A stretch of DNA of 60,382 nucleotides, counting the filler. It is 3 parts of 3 records of this genome, joined end to end, with 100 filler letters (N's around TTAATTAATTAA, not from the genome) between each part and the next. Parts side by side here need not be neighbours in the genome. Positions count along the whole stretch, not along the records: positions 18,090 to 39,229 come from SRR20825006_169; 2 more parts are not named here. One strand, given 5' to 3'. Positions 28,837-39,329 of this stretch are shown in pieces. The notes under the pieces are model-generated. The model did not search any database. It saw only the letters and a list, made by a program, of their open reading frames with translations, and was not told the DNA's origin. Position numbers and translations under genes: made by a program. The stretch's first letter is position 1. Each line of letters begins with the position of its first letter.

Positions 28837-30957
28837 CTAGTTGTGGAAGTATACGTTGTCTATGTAAACCGTAGTTGCTCCTGCCGGACCCCCGGAATAG
28901 ATCAACTGAGCAATATTAGATTGCGAAGTTAGTCCGGTGAAATCTGCTAATGGAATATCTAAAGTCACCCACGTATTGCGCGTGAAGTCACCGTTATCGA
29001 AATTCAATACGATCTCGTGCTCGCTGTCATCTCCTCCTTGATAGGTTCCGTTAGCTCCAAAATCCACCAATTTGATACGGATTTGTGTCGCATCTCCTGT
29101 CCAGATATCGGTGCTGAAGTGCGTCATAGCACTCGCATCAATTTGATTTACCGGCTCTGCACCTACAAAGTTTAATGCTGAATATTTTTTAACCGCATTT
29201 CCTGCAATACTCACGTCTTCTAAAGTCGCAGCAGACCAATCTGTTCTCCAGGTTGCCATCGCCTCATCGGTATATGCATCACTGAAAAGTGAGATCACAT
29301 TTGCTGCGTCAAAAGTGGGTGCCGGTGCTGCCGCTTGTGGACTGTCTGGCGCTGTAGCCGCTTGGTTGTAGAAATACAAGTTATCTATGTAGAAGGTTCC
29401 GCCGTTATCAGGCTGCACATCAAACTTGAATTGGAATACATTGGCTACCGAAATTTCCTGATCAGTAAATGCTGAAAGCGGAATATCGATACTCGTCCAT
29501 TCTCCTGCAGTTACCTCTAAATTTACCGGACGCTCTCCTGATGTATCAATGATGAAAAACGGAATGCTTGTATAATCTGCAGACCAAACATCGATATGTA
29601 CAAATTCGTATCCGGAAGCATCATACTCACCGCCAAGATCGATTCCCTGATAGTTTGCGTTTCCATATTTAATTGCAGCGTTTCCAGCTAGATCTACTTG
29701 CTCATAGGTTGTTGATTGTCCCCAATTCGGGAAATAATTTACCGAAGCAGGATCTGTATATGAGTCACTGAAGATAGAAAGCACATCTGCTTCTGCAGCT
29801 TCCGGAGTTGGCGCAGCCATCATTGGCTGAGTCGCACCGCCGGTTTGCTCTACATCGTCGATATAGAAAGTTCCGGCTGTGGTGCCCGGACCATCAACAA
29901 AAATCACCATCGTTGCATATTGTCCAGTAGGTACAAATGGTTCGCCCACACCTTGGCTTCCGTCGATATAGCTTTTTACAGCTTCGGTAGCAAAATCAAA
30001 GCTTAGGGTTTCCCATCCTGAACCACTATGGGTTTTGGTGATCTCGTTTTGACGCTCTCCGTTAACGCCTCCTTCAAATTTCAACAATACCGGAACTTCA
30101 ACATCAGACCAGAATTTCATAGTGATGGTTTTATTCGCTCCGCTGAAGTCAACCGGAGTACCCAAAGTAAATGCTCCACCTTCGTACTGAGCTCCAGAAT
30201 TTGTGATCGCTCCTACGTTAGATTCAGTTGTGTTTGCTCCGGAAAGATCAGGATTGGTTACTACTTCGTAAGAAGCGCCATTGAACGTCCCGAAAGCGTA
30301 ATTTACAGTAGGATCGTCAAAGGTGATTGGTAATGCAATAGGATCTACAGCACCTGTAATCGTTACTGTTTTAGTCAACTCAATAGTATTTACACTTGCG
30401 CCCTTAGCCACAACGCGCACCATATAATCGCCGGGTTCTTCATAAGTAAACTCTGCAGCGCTACCAGCCATAACCGTAACTGGTTCCTCCTCATCACTTG
30501 CACCAAAATACACATCAAACATAGTCGCGTTGTCCGCTGTTGGTGTGACCACAGCAGTAAGTCCGCTCACGGTAGTCTCAAAATCCAGATTTTCTGGTGC
30601 CGTAAACGATACTTTAATCATCTGGTTGAACTCGCTCGTTAAACCTGTAGATCCGGTTGCTGTGATACGTACCAGATACTCCCCTTCGGCATAGGTATAA
30701 GTGGTGCTTTCTCCCGCGTTTATAGTTATTGGTGCTTCTCCTTCAACACCAAAATCTATGGTAAAGGTTGAAGCACCTTCTCCTACCGGAGTAATAGTTA
30801 CCATACCTGTGTCGTCCTGAGTGATCGCAAAGTTTGCGGTAACACCGGTAGGTGCTGAAATTTCTTGTAATGCATAATTTGTAATTACATCATCTTCACA
30901 AGCGGTAAAGATTTGGGCTACTGCCAAAAATGCTATTAGTAATCGTAAAATTTTCAT
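28837..30957 (-). CDS. Surface glycan-binding lipoprotein with PKD-like domains and repeated CBM-like modules
   Basis: Lipobox FTAC. Repeats AAPTP..DVLSIFSDSYTD and AAPAP..NVISLFSDAYTD, modules ending YIDD/YIDN. Directly downstream of susD. Confidence 0.8.
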   Translation of the reverse strand: MKILRLLIAFLAVAQIFTACEDDVITNYALQEISAPTGVTANFAITQDDTGMVTITPVGEGASTFTIDFGVEGEAPITINAGESTTYTYAEGEYLVRITATGSTGLTSEFNQMIKVSFTAPENLDFETTVSGLTAVVTPTADNATMFDVYFGASDEEEPVTVMAGSAAEFTYEEPGDYMVRVVAKGASVNTIELTKTVTITGAVDPIALPITFDDPTVNYAFGTFNGASYEVVTNPDLSGANTTESNVGAITNSGAQYEGGAFTLGTPVDFSGANKTITMKFWSDVEVPVLLKFEGGVNGERQNEITKTHSGSGWETLSFDFATEAVKSYIDGSQGVGEPFVPTGQYATMVIFVDGPGTTAGTFYIDDVEQTGGATQPMMAAPTPEAAEADVLSIFSDSYTDPASVNYFPNWGQSTTYEQVDLAGNAAIKYGNANYQGIDLGGEYDASGYEFVHIDVWSADYTSIPFFIIDTSGERPVNLEVTAGEWTSIDIPLSAFTDQEISVANVFQFKFDVQPDNGGTFYIDNLYFYNQAATAPDSPQAAAPAPTFDAANVISLFSDAYTDEAMATWRTDWSAATLEDVSIAGNAVKKYSALNFVGAEPVNQIDASAMTHFSTDIWTGDATQIRIKLVDFGANGTYQGGDDSEHEIVLNFDNGDFTRNTWVTLDIPLADFTGLTSQSNIAQLIYSGGPAGATTVYIDNVYFHN

Positions 30958-30975
30958 CGTATCCTAGTGTATTAA

Positions 30976-32448
30976 TTAGTATCCTTGATTTTGTTCCCAG
31001 CGATTTCCAGCCAACTGAATCTCTATTGTTGGGATTGGGAATAATTCGTTTTTATTGGCTGTAAAGCCCGGTATGTTTTGTGCCGCTCTGCCAGTACGTA
31101 CCAAGTCGAAGAAGCGGTGTCCTTCACCTACCAGTTCTAGCCTTCTTTCTTCCAAAATAAAATCAGTAAGCGTGGCTCCGCTTGCAGCGATGTCGTGATC
31201 GGTATCGCCAAAAGCACGACGACGTACACGGTTTAAGTATTCTCTTGCCAAGGCATCGTTAGCGTTTGCCTTACGGTTGTGTGCCTCTGCTGCCATAAGC
31301 AACACATCTGCAAAGCGAATAGAACGATAATTGTTAGGATTGGTAAGATTGGCATCTCCCAAATTAGCATCCCCTTTACGTGCAATGTATTTTCGGTTAT
31401 AAAAGCCCGTATGCTCGAAACCTTCGTTATATGTAGCGCCGTTTGCAGCGGCGAATTCTTCGATATTCAAAATAGCGATATCGCGACGGCTATCTCCCGG
31501 TTCAAAAGCATCATAAGCTTCCTGTACAGGAACGTTAAAGCTGAATCCCGAGTCAAATAAAGGTCCGCTGTAATTGCGTATTCCGTTGAAACCAACCGCT
31601 ACATTTCCTTCACTACACTGCAAGCAACCGAAACCTGCTCCTTCTTTATCGGTGTATTGTACTTCAAAAACCGACTCGATATTGTTCTCTCCTTCCAACT
31701 CAAAAATGGTGGAATAATCGTCTACCAAATCATAAGGACCGGCGATCACCTGGTCTAAAGCGCTTGCAGCTTCGGTAAATTTATCTTGATACAGATAGGC
31801 TTTCCCTAACAATGCTCTTGCGGCTCCACTGGTGATTCGGCCTTCTTCTGCTTGAGTTGCCGGAAGCGTTTCCGCAGCAAAAATGAGATCTTGCTCAATT
31901 TGGGCGTAAACCTCTGCTTTCGGAGTTCTATCAACATTAAATTGATCTCCAAATAAAAGACGTTGATCTACCGCTAACGGCACGTCACCAAACCACTTTA
32001 CTAATTCAAAATAATAGTACGCACGTAAAAAACGCGCTTGCGCTATAATCTGATCTTTTCCTGAAAATTCGATTTTATCCTGAAACTCCAGGATGTAGTT
32101 TGCGCGGTTCACTCCGGCAAACATCCATCCCCAAATGTCACGCAGTTGTTGATTTACCGGCGTGTGGATCATATTATCAATTTCCTGAATTCCCGGCGTA
32201 TCGGTAGCGCTCTCGCCACCGGCAAGAGTATTGTCTGAAGCAATCTCACCGACCATTACATTCAAATAGGTTGCTTGTAACAGATCGTACGCACCGACTA
32301 GGGCTTCCTGATAATCTTCTTCAGAATTGAAAAAATCTTCTGAATTCTCATTGATAGGGTCGACTTCTACAAAGTCGTCCCCGCAAGCCACCATGAGCAC
32401 TGCGGCTAAAAGGCTTAAAAATGCACGTTGTATGTTATATTTTTTCAT
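30976..32448 (-). CDS. susD: SusD/RagB lipoprotein
   Basis: Lipobox MVAC, QARFLRAYYYF, RFADVLLMAAEA, ERRLELVGEGHRFFDLVR, QNQGY. Confidence 0.95.
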   Translation of the reverse strand: MKKYNIQRAFLSLLAAVLMVACGDDFVEVDPINENSEDFFNSEEDYQEALVGAYDLLQATYLNVMVGEIASDNTLAGGESATDTPGIQEIDNMIHTPVNQQLRDIWGWMFAGVNRANYILEFQDKIEFSGKDQIIAQARFLRAYYYFELVKWFGDVPLAVDQRLLFGDQFNVDRTPKAEVYAQIEQDLIFAAETLPATQAEEGRITSGAARALLGKAYLYQDKFTEAASALDQVIAGPYDLVDDYSTIFELEGENNIESVFEVQYTDKEGAGFGCLQCSEGNVAVGFNGIRNYSGPLFDSGFSFNVPVQEAYDAFEPGDSRRDIAILNIEEFAAANGATYNEGFEHTGFYNRKYIARKGDANLGDANLTNPNNYRSIRFADVLLMAAEAHNRKANANDALAREYLNRVRRRAFGDTDHDIAASGATLTDFILEERRLELVGEGHRFFDLVRTGRAAQNIPGFTANKNELFPIPTIEIQLAGNRWEQNQGY

Positions 32449-32458
32449 CGCTCTTCTT

Positions 32459-35400
32459 TTAAAATTTGAAGTTCATTCCTGCAGTATATGTACGTGGCAC
32501 CGGGTAAAACCCTTGGTCGATTCCGCCACCAATAGGTGCTCCCGAAGAAGCTGAAGGATCATATCCTTTATACTCTGTTAGCGTGAACGCATTGGTCACC
32601 GCCAAGTAAAAACGCAGTTTTCTAATGCCTAATTGATCTAAGACTTCATTGCCTAAACTATACCCTAACTGTATGTTTTGTAATCTTAAATACGAACCGT
32701 CTTCTACGTAAAAGTCGGAGAACAAAAGGTTAGAGTTAGGCCCAACCGTTACTCGCGGATAGCTGTTTGTAGATCCCGGTCCCGTCCAGCGGTCTAAGAC
32801 ATAATTGGTTTTATTGGTCAGGTTTTGATTTCGATCGTACGAGCGCACAATGTCATTGCCTATGGAAGCAAATGCGTAAGCTGTGAAGTCAAAATTCTTA
32901 TAGTTGAATCCTAAATTAAGACCCATCGTAACATCTGGAATTGGGTCGCCAATATTCACACGATCGTCGCCATTAATGACTCCGTCACCGTTTTGATCTA
33001 CGTATCGTAAATCTCCCAAGGTAGCATCGGTTTGTGTTGCGTGTACATCAACTTCTGCCTGAGATTGAAAAATTCCGTTGGTTTGTAAGCCGTAGAAATA
33101 TCCGATTGGGAAACCGGCTTGCATACGTGCAGGTGGCTCCTGACCAAAACCAAAACTTCCACCAGGGATAAATCCGCTTTCATTCCCTACTTCAAGCACT
33201 TCATTTTGAAGCGTGGTAAAGTTGTAACTCAAATTGAATCCCGCATCATCACCAATAGGCTGATCGTAAGAAACCGAGAATTCTAAACCTTGGTTCTCAA
33301 CACTTCCGGCATTTACGATAGGTGCTCCAGCACCCGGCGCATAAACCCCTAAAATTCCCGAAACCTGAGGTACTAGCAATAAATCATCGGTACGACGTTT
33401 GAAATAATCCATCGTAAGATCTATGCGATTATTGAACAAGCGTGCATCAAAACCAACATCAAAAGTCTTCTGACGCTCCCATTTAATTTCAGGATTAGAA
33501 AGCTGACCAGCAGCAACTCCGTTTACGAGTTCGTTGTCAAACACGTAAGTTCCTTCTGCGTTAAGGGTAGAAACGTATCCAAACGCTCCAATACGGTCAT
33601 TACCCAAAATACCGTAACTCGCTCTAAGTTTTAAGAAGTTCAACAGATCACTTGAACCGAAAAAGGGCTCATCACTCGCCACCCAGCCAATAGACGCCGA
33701 AGGGAAATAACCGAATTTATTCTCCGGTCCAAAGTTTGAAGAACCGTCACGGCGCAACACTGCTGAAAGCAAATAACGCTCCTTGTAGTTATACTGAACA
33801 CGCGTAAAATAAGAAAGCAAGCGCTGGTCAAACTCAGCAGGACCGCTGATGTCACGTGCATCGATAACCTCGCCTGCGCCGTCAAGTGTAGCTTCGGCAA
33901 AAGTAGTTCCCGGCACATCTCGGCCGGTGAAATTGTAAAATTCGCCGCTGGTCTTGAATGCAGACATCCCCAATAAAACGGTAAGGTTGTGATCGTCTGC
34001 AAACGTATTTTGATAGGTTAAGAAGTTATCAAACGTATAATCTCTAAAGAAACTGTCATTTACAAAATATTGATTTACCCCCAGGTTGTTGAAGACTTTT
34101 CCATCCCCAAAATTCAATCCTGCCGGTAAATAACTACGTCCACGCACTTCAGAATAGTTAAACTGATAGCGAGATTCTGCTGTAAAATGTTCCCAGAAGT
34201 TATAAGAGAGTCCTACTGTCCCAGTAAGTTTATCTACCTCGTTGGTATTAAAGGTATTCGCGATTTGCGCGATAGGGTTGATCACCTCATTCCCTAAACC
34301 GTTTGCTATCGTAAAATCCCCATTGGCATCACGAACACTGAACGTTGGTGCCATATTTACGGCATTGAACAACACAGACCCCAAAGCGTTTTCAGAAAGG
34401 GTTTTTCTATTAGAACGCGTATAGATCGCTGTTGAAGAAAACTTGAGGTTTTCTAAAATATCATAATCGTAACTTCCTCTTCCTGTAAAACGGTTGAAGT
34501 TTACCGCTCCGCCTCCAACAATTCCATCCTGATCTAAATATCCTGCACCTACAGAATATGCCGATTTTTCACCACCTCCATACACAGTTGCGTTTATATC
34601 TGAGAGTAAGGCTTGTCTAAACACCTCATCCTGCCAGTTGGTTCCTTGACCAAGAACCGCAAGATTAGGAAATGGAGGCGCCTGATTGCCCGCTGCGTAA
34701 GCTTCGTTGATGATCACACCATATTCAGTTGCATTAAGCACCGGAAGTTTACGCGTGGTTTCCTGTAAACCTACATACGTATCAACCTCTACACGCAGGT
34801 CACTGTTTTTACGACCTCCTTTTGTTGTGATCAAGATCACACCATTTGCAGCTCGTACCCCGTAAATACCGGCTGTAGCATCTTTTAAAACATTGATGCT
34901 CTCGATATCATTTGGGTTGATCACACTAAGATCTTCAATCACCGCACCGTCAACCAAAATTAAAGGTCGGTTGTCTCCGTTGGTAGAAATACCACGGATA
35001 GATATCGTAGAAGCACTACCGGGCGATCCCGAATTGGAGCTGATATTAACCCCGGCCACACGACCTTGTAAGGCTTGTTCTACCCGCACAGGGTTTTGCT
35101 CCTCAATTGTTTCAGAACCTACAACGCTTACCGCACCGGTAATTTCTTTCTTCTTTTGTGTCCCATAACCAACTACAACCACCTCATCTAGTGTACTGGT
35201 ATCTTCAACCAATTGCACGTTAAGGTCTGCGGCCCCATTTACAGCTATTTCCTGAGTTTGAAAACCTAAAAAGGAAAACACCAAAGTACTCGAAGACGGG
35301 ACATCTAAACTGAAAAGACCGTCAAAATCTGTACTTGTTCCTGAGGAAGAACCTTTCACAATTACATTCACTCCCGGCAGTGGCATTCCTGACATATCTG

Positions 35401-35494
35401 TCACAGTACCTGTAACGCGCACTTCGGTACCGGTCTGGCTAAAGAGCCCCGAAGTGAGCAACCCGAATAAGATCAAGGATAAAAATGATTTCAT
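32459..35494 (-). CDS. susC: SusC/RagA TonB-dependent transporter
   Basis: LDEVVVVGYG, VLKDATAGIYGVRAANGVILITTK, RRDGSS, NPEIKWE, C-terminal F. Start moved to ATG 35494, which begins the signal peptide MKSFLSLILFG. Confidence 0.95.
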   Translation of the reverse strand: MKSFLSLILFGLLTSGLFSQTGTEVRVTGTVTDMSGMPLPGVNVIVKGSSSGTSTDFDGLFSLDVPSSSTLVFSFLGFQTQEIAVNGAADLNVQLVEDTSTLDEVVVVGYGTQKKKEITGAVSVVGSETIEEQNPVRVEQALQGRVAGVNISSNSGSPGSASTISIRGISTNGDNRPLILVDGAVIEDLSVINPNDIESINVLKDATAGIYGVRAANGVILITTKGGRKNSDLRVEVDTYVGLQETTRKLPVLNATEYGVIINEAYAAGNQAPPFPNLAVLGQGTNWQDEVFRQALLSDINATVYGGGEKSAYSVGAGYLDQDGIVGGGAVNFNRFTGRGSYDYDILENLKFSSTAIYTRSNRKTLSENALGSVLFNAVNMAPTFSVRDANGDFTIANGLGNEVINPIAQIANTFNTNEVDKLTGTVGLSYNFWEHFTAESRYQFNYSEVRGRSYLPAGLNFGDGKVFNNLGVNQYFVNDSFFRDYTFDNFLTYQNTFADDHNLTVLLGMSAFKTSGEFYNFTGRDVPGTTFAEATLDGAGEVIDARDISGPAEFDQRLLSYFTRVQYNYKERYLLSAVLRRDGSSNFGPENKFGYFPSASIGWVASDEPFFGSSDLLNFLKLRASYGILGNDRIGAFGYVSTLNAEGTYVFDNELVNGVAAGQLSNPEIKWERQKTFDVGFDARLFNNRIDLTMDYFKRRTDDLLLVPQVSGILGVYAPGAGAPIVNAGSVENQGLEFSVSYDQPIGDDAGFNLSYNFTTLQNEVLEVGNESGFIPGGSFGFGQEPPARMQAGFPIGYFYGLQTNGIFQSQAEVDVHATQTDATLGDLRYVDQNGDGVINGDDRVNIGDPIPDVTMGLNLGFNYKNFDFTAYAFASIGNDIVRSYDRNQNLTNKTNYVLDRWTGPGSTNSYPRVTVGPNSNLLFSDFYVEDGSYLRLQNIQLGYSLGNEVLDQLGIRKLRFYLAVTNAFTLTEYKGYDPSASSGAPIGGGIDQGFYPVPRTYTAGMNFKF

Positions 35495-35550
35495 AAATTT
35501 TAATTTGGAAATCAAATCTATCTTATAACTATATCGTATTCGAGAAAACG

Positions 35551-35739
35551 ACCTCAACAAAAAATATACAGAAGCTTAATTAAATCGAAAATGCTGCAAT
35601 TTTTAGCGCAAACGCTTTCGCTATAAGGCTTTTTAGCAGTTGTTAAATTCAGAAATGTAAAGGTTATAAATAGCTACTACTGAAATTACTATCGTTTTCG
35701 TATAGGTAATGTATAGGTGATTTTAAGAATTGATGAGGT
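35551..35739. promoter_or_regulatory. PUL promoter region with phased GTAnAGGT-like repeats and a LacI-like palindrome
   Basis: GTAAAGGT 35657, GTATAGGT 35700 and 35711, GATGAGGT 35732, inverted ACCTCAACA 35551, TAGCGCAAACGCTTTCGCTA 35604-35623. Confidence 0.5.
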
Positions 35740-35742
35740 AAT

Positions 35743-38556
35743 CTAAATGGACAAAATATACTCAACAAGACTTTCTTCGTGTTCCAACTCCATTTTTTTG
35801 CGTAAACGGTATCTTTTGATTTCTACACTTCTCACAGAAATGTTTAAAAGCGGTGCTATTTCTTTTGAAGATAAATTCAGTCTGAGGTACGCGCAGAGTT
35901 TCAGATCGTTTGGAGTAAGTTTAGGATGCAGCTCTTTAATTTTCTTTAGAAAGTCTTTATCTGCATTATTGAATGCTTCTCTAAAAAACTCCCAATCCTT
36001 TTTAGGGTTCAAGTTTTTATCTATAATCTTAATTACGGATTTCAGTTCATTTTCTTGAGTATCCGAATCCAATTCCTTTTTAATAGCATTGAGCAATTCG
36101 TTTTTCCTTACAATACTCATCGTGGAAGCTGCCAATTCGCGGTTCTTGCTTTCTACATCTTGTTGCAGTTTCTCATTCTCCAGTTTCATGATTCGGCGCT
36201 CATTCTCGTAGGTTGCCACTTCCAGCTTGCGCTGATTGATCTCAATTAGCCGTTCCTTTTGTCTTTTGTAAAACTTACGGTTAACGACCTGAATGCCTAT
36301 AAATATTAAAACAAGAAGCACTCCATAAATTATAATCGCAACCACAGACAAATACCACGGGCGTGCTACAGTAAAAGAATAGTGCAGCGTATTTCCTGAT
36401 AATTGATCTCCTATGCGAGCTCTTACTTCAAAAGTGTATGTTCCCGGTGGTAAATTTTCGAACGAGGCCGTAGCACTGGTTGACCAGTTGGTCCATTCTT
36501 CATACAATCCTTTTAAACGATACTGATAGACGACTGCTCTAAACTTCTCGTATTCTGCCACACTAAAATCAAAGGCAAACGTATTTTGTTTGTAATGAAA
36601 TGCTTCGGTAGTTGTTTGATCTAGTGTAACCAATTCCCCTTCGCGACTTCCATTCTTTATGGTTCTAACCTTTATGGCATACTTTTCATCGCTAAGCTTT
36701 TCGGTATCTAAAACAATATAACCCGTTGCATTACCCAGCAGATAGGTATTTGCGTCTAGATAGGTAATGTTTTCAAAACCGGGAATATCTTTTCTTGTTT
36801 TTGCAGGCAAGGCGATCCTTCTTACTTTAAGCTGATCTGCAAGAATTCCGGGCTCAAAGTACAGCACCTCCTGCTCATTGAAAGCCCACAACCTATTATT
36901 ACTGGGATCATAGGTAAGTTTACCAGAAGAATAGCCTCCTGATTCTATAAACGTATGAGAAAGTAGGCTGTCTTTTTCAAAAACTTGCGCGGACTTATTC
37001 AGTCTAAAAATCCCTTCCTCATAGGCGTATAGCACTTCATTATTGTATTTAAAAATACTGGACTTAGCACCTTTAGGGAGCTGCTTCAGGAGTCTGGATT
37101 CAGTGATCGTTCTAAAGCTATCATCAATATTCAATTTAAAAACCCCTTTATATTCGTGGCTTACATAAAGCTCCTGTGGACCGCTAAAAGCAAAATACCT
37201 GCTCGAGATATCAAAGCCTTCCAGTTTATTGCGTAACTGCCACCCCGTTTCCTTTCGCTCTAAAATATAGAGTCCACTATAATTACCCTGAATCGCAAGC
37301 GTATCGTTTATTTGATGCACATCCCAAGTTCCTGCGATATTAGCTATGGGAATCACCCTATTCTCTTCTACACGAAAAGTTCCTTCGTGATGTCCACAAA
37401 TAAGCGCATCGCCCAGAACGTTCAAACTCCAAACCTGCCCTTTAGTATCCGGAATAAGTTGATATTCCTCACTCGCAGCAGCGTCCTTTTTATAAAAAAG
37501 TCCTTGGTTCGTTCCCAGATATAAATAGCCCTTATGCTTCTTTGCCGCATAGACCGCCCCTAAACTCCCGTCATAATCGGTATACACTCTAAAAGCCGAA
37601 TTGCTATTAACCACACTGATCCCGTTATCCAGACCAAGCCACACGTGTGCCTCTTGATCTTCCCAAAGACTCAGTACCGTATTGTTAGAAAGTCCCGAAA
37701 CCTGATCAATTTGATACTTTATCTTCCCCCCGGCATCAAGATGGTAAAGGCCGCTAGAAATGGTTCCTAAAAGCAGGGTTTGATCAGATAATTGAAGCGC
37801 TGCATACACCGTTTCGTTAGCGATTGCATCTTGAGCTTCATAGTTCCAAGACGAAATTTCGCCATTAGGCTTTAACTGAAAAATCCCGTGTTTTTGGGTG
37901 ACTGCCATTAGTGAATTATCCTTGCTATACAATGCGACCAACAAGTAGTCTGAAAACGGCAATGCGTCAGATATCAATACGGGTTGACCGTTCTGAAGTT
38001 GGTACAAACCCAAACCTTCCTGTTGAAAATAAACGGATTTCCCGACTAGAAAAGACCGTACAATAGCCGATTCTGAATCTATGATTTGAAAATTTGAAGT
38101 CTCTGTATTGTAGCTGTAAATGCGATCTAAAGATTGAAAAAGAATGAGGTTATCAACCAAAATAATATTCCAAAACTGCTCATCTTCAATAAGTGGCTCC
38201 TCTAATTTATCGCTTAGCGACGTATACTGCAACAAGCCATTACTGCCACGCTCCCAATAACCAAATTCCATATACGCCCCCGTGTAAATCAGATCACCTT
38301 GAGTCGCAACGGACCGCATTATGGTTTTATTAGAAGTAGGGTACAAACGCCATTTGGCGCCATCATACTCGAGCAATCCCGAATTATTGGCCGCGTAGAT
38401 CAGCTTATCCTCCCCTTGTGTAATATCCCAATTCTGGTTTTCGGCATTGTAGTGCTCGGGAGTAAAATTGAGTACAGGCGGCAACTCTTGGCCAGTGCCT
38501 GTAAAAATAAAGCACAACCAAAACAGCATATATAAGGGTTTCATAAATCGCATCAA
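35743..38556 (-). CDS. Membrane-spanning one-component regulator: beta-propeller and Y_Y_Y sensor, TM helix, coiled coil, LuxR-type HTH
   Basis: NQNWDI, GLSNNTVL, WLGLDNGI, YQYRL...FENLPPGTYTFEVRA, PWY plus TM, LCAYLRLNLSSKEIAPLLNISVRSVEIKRYRLRKK. No kinase or receiver domain. Exact start uncertain. Confidence 0.88.
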   Translation of the reverse strand: MMRFMKPLYMLFWLCFIFTGTGQELPPVLNFTPEHYNAENQNWDITQGEDKLIYAANNSGLLEYDGAKWRLYPTSNKTIMRSVATQGDLIYTGAYMEFGYWERGSNGLLQYTSLSDKLEEPLIEDEQFWNIILVDNLILFQSLDRIYSYNTETSNFQIIDSESAIVRSFLVGKSVYFQQEGLGLYQLQNGQPVLISDALPFSDYLLVALYSKDNSLMAVTQKHGIFQLKPNGEISSWNYEAQDAIANETVYAALQLSDQTLLLGTISSGLYHLDAGGKIKYQIDQVSGLSNNTVLSLWEDQEAHVWLGLDNGISVVNSNSAFRVYTDYDGSLGAVYAAKKHKGYLYLGTNQGLFYKKDAAASEEYQLIPDTKGQVWSLNVLGDALICGHHEGTFRVEENRVIPIANIAGTWDVHQINDTLAIQGNYSGLYILERKETGWQLRNKLEGFDISSRYFAFSGPQELYVSHEYKGVFKLNIDDSFRTITESRLLKQLPKGAKSSIFKYNNEVLYAYEEGIFRLNKSAQVFEKDSLLSHTFIESGGYSSGKLTYDPSNNRLWAFNEQEVLYFEPGILADQLKVRRIALPAKTRKDIPGFENITYLDANTYLLGNATGYIVLDTEKLSDEKYAIKVRTIKNGSREGELVTLDQTTTEAFHYKQNTFAFDFSVAEYEKFRAVVYQYRLKGLYEEWTNWSTSATASFENLPPGTYTFEVRARIGDQLSGNTLHYSFTVARPWYLSVVAIIIYGVLLVLIFIGIQVVNRKFYKRQKERLIEINQRKLEVATYENERRIMKLENEKLQQDVESKNRELAASTMSIVRKNELLNAIKKELDSDTQENELKSVIKIIDKNLNPKKDWEFFREAFNNADKDFLKKIKELHPKLTPNDLKLCAYLRLNLSSKEIAPLLNISVRSVEIKRYRLRKKMELEHEESLVEYILSI

Positions 38557-38751
38557 AGGGCAATATACTCAATTAGCTGCAATCTTTTTATGCGTTCTAC
38601 CACATCAAGTAGCGTGCTGATTCTTTCCGCAAGTACGCACATCCGAAGCGTACACAACCTCTTTTTGCGGAATAGCATTTTAAATTAAACTAAATTTTAC
38701 GTTCTTTATCTCCGATTAGAATTGTTTACTTTTGCCAAAAATTTCAGCTTC

Positions 38752-39229
38752 ATGTTCTCTATTTTCAGTTCGAAAAAATTTCTTGCCGCTAAACTGGGTG
38801 AATTTACCGATATTCATAATCATATTTTACCGGGAATTGATGACGGAGCTAAAACTCCCGAAGATTCTCTTCAGCTATTAACGCAGTTTAAAGAAATGGG
38901 TATTACCAACCTCATTTGCACACCGCATACGATGAGTGATTATTACCCCAATACGCCTGAGACTATTTTAGATGCTGAAGCTACGCTGAAAACCTTTCTA
39001 AAAGAAAACGGCCACTCGGAGTTCAGCATCCGGTCTTCCTCAGAATATATGATGGATTCCGGCCTTGTAGATCTTTTGGAGAACAAACAGATCTTACCGC
39101 TAAAAGACAACTATGTTTTGGTTGAAATGTCGTATTTACAACCCCCTGTAAACCTTAGAGAAATCCTTTTTAAAGTAGGTAATTCTGGTTTTGTACCTGT
39201 TTTGGCGCATCCTGAGCGTTATGCCTTTT
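38752..39229 (+). CDS. CpsB/CapC-type PHP-family tyrosine phosphatase, 3' truncated
   Basis: DIHNHILPGIDDG, TPH, EYMMD, LVE, LAHPERY. TACTTTTG -7 element at 38727-38734 supports ATG 38752. Confidence 0.85.
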
Positions 39230-39329
39230 NNNNNNNNNNNNNNNNNNNNNNNNNNNNNNNNNNNNNNNNNNNNTTAATTAATTAANNNNNNNNNNNNNNN
39301 NNNNNNNNNNNNNNNNNNNNNNNNNNNNN
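39230..39329. other. Artificial contig linker
   Basis: Same structure as the first linker: 44 N + TTAATTAATTAA + 44 N. Confidence 0.97.
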
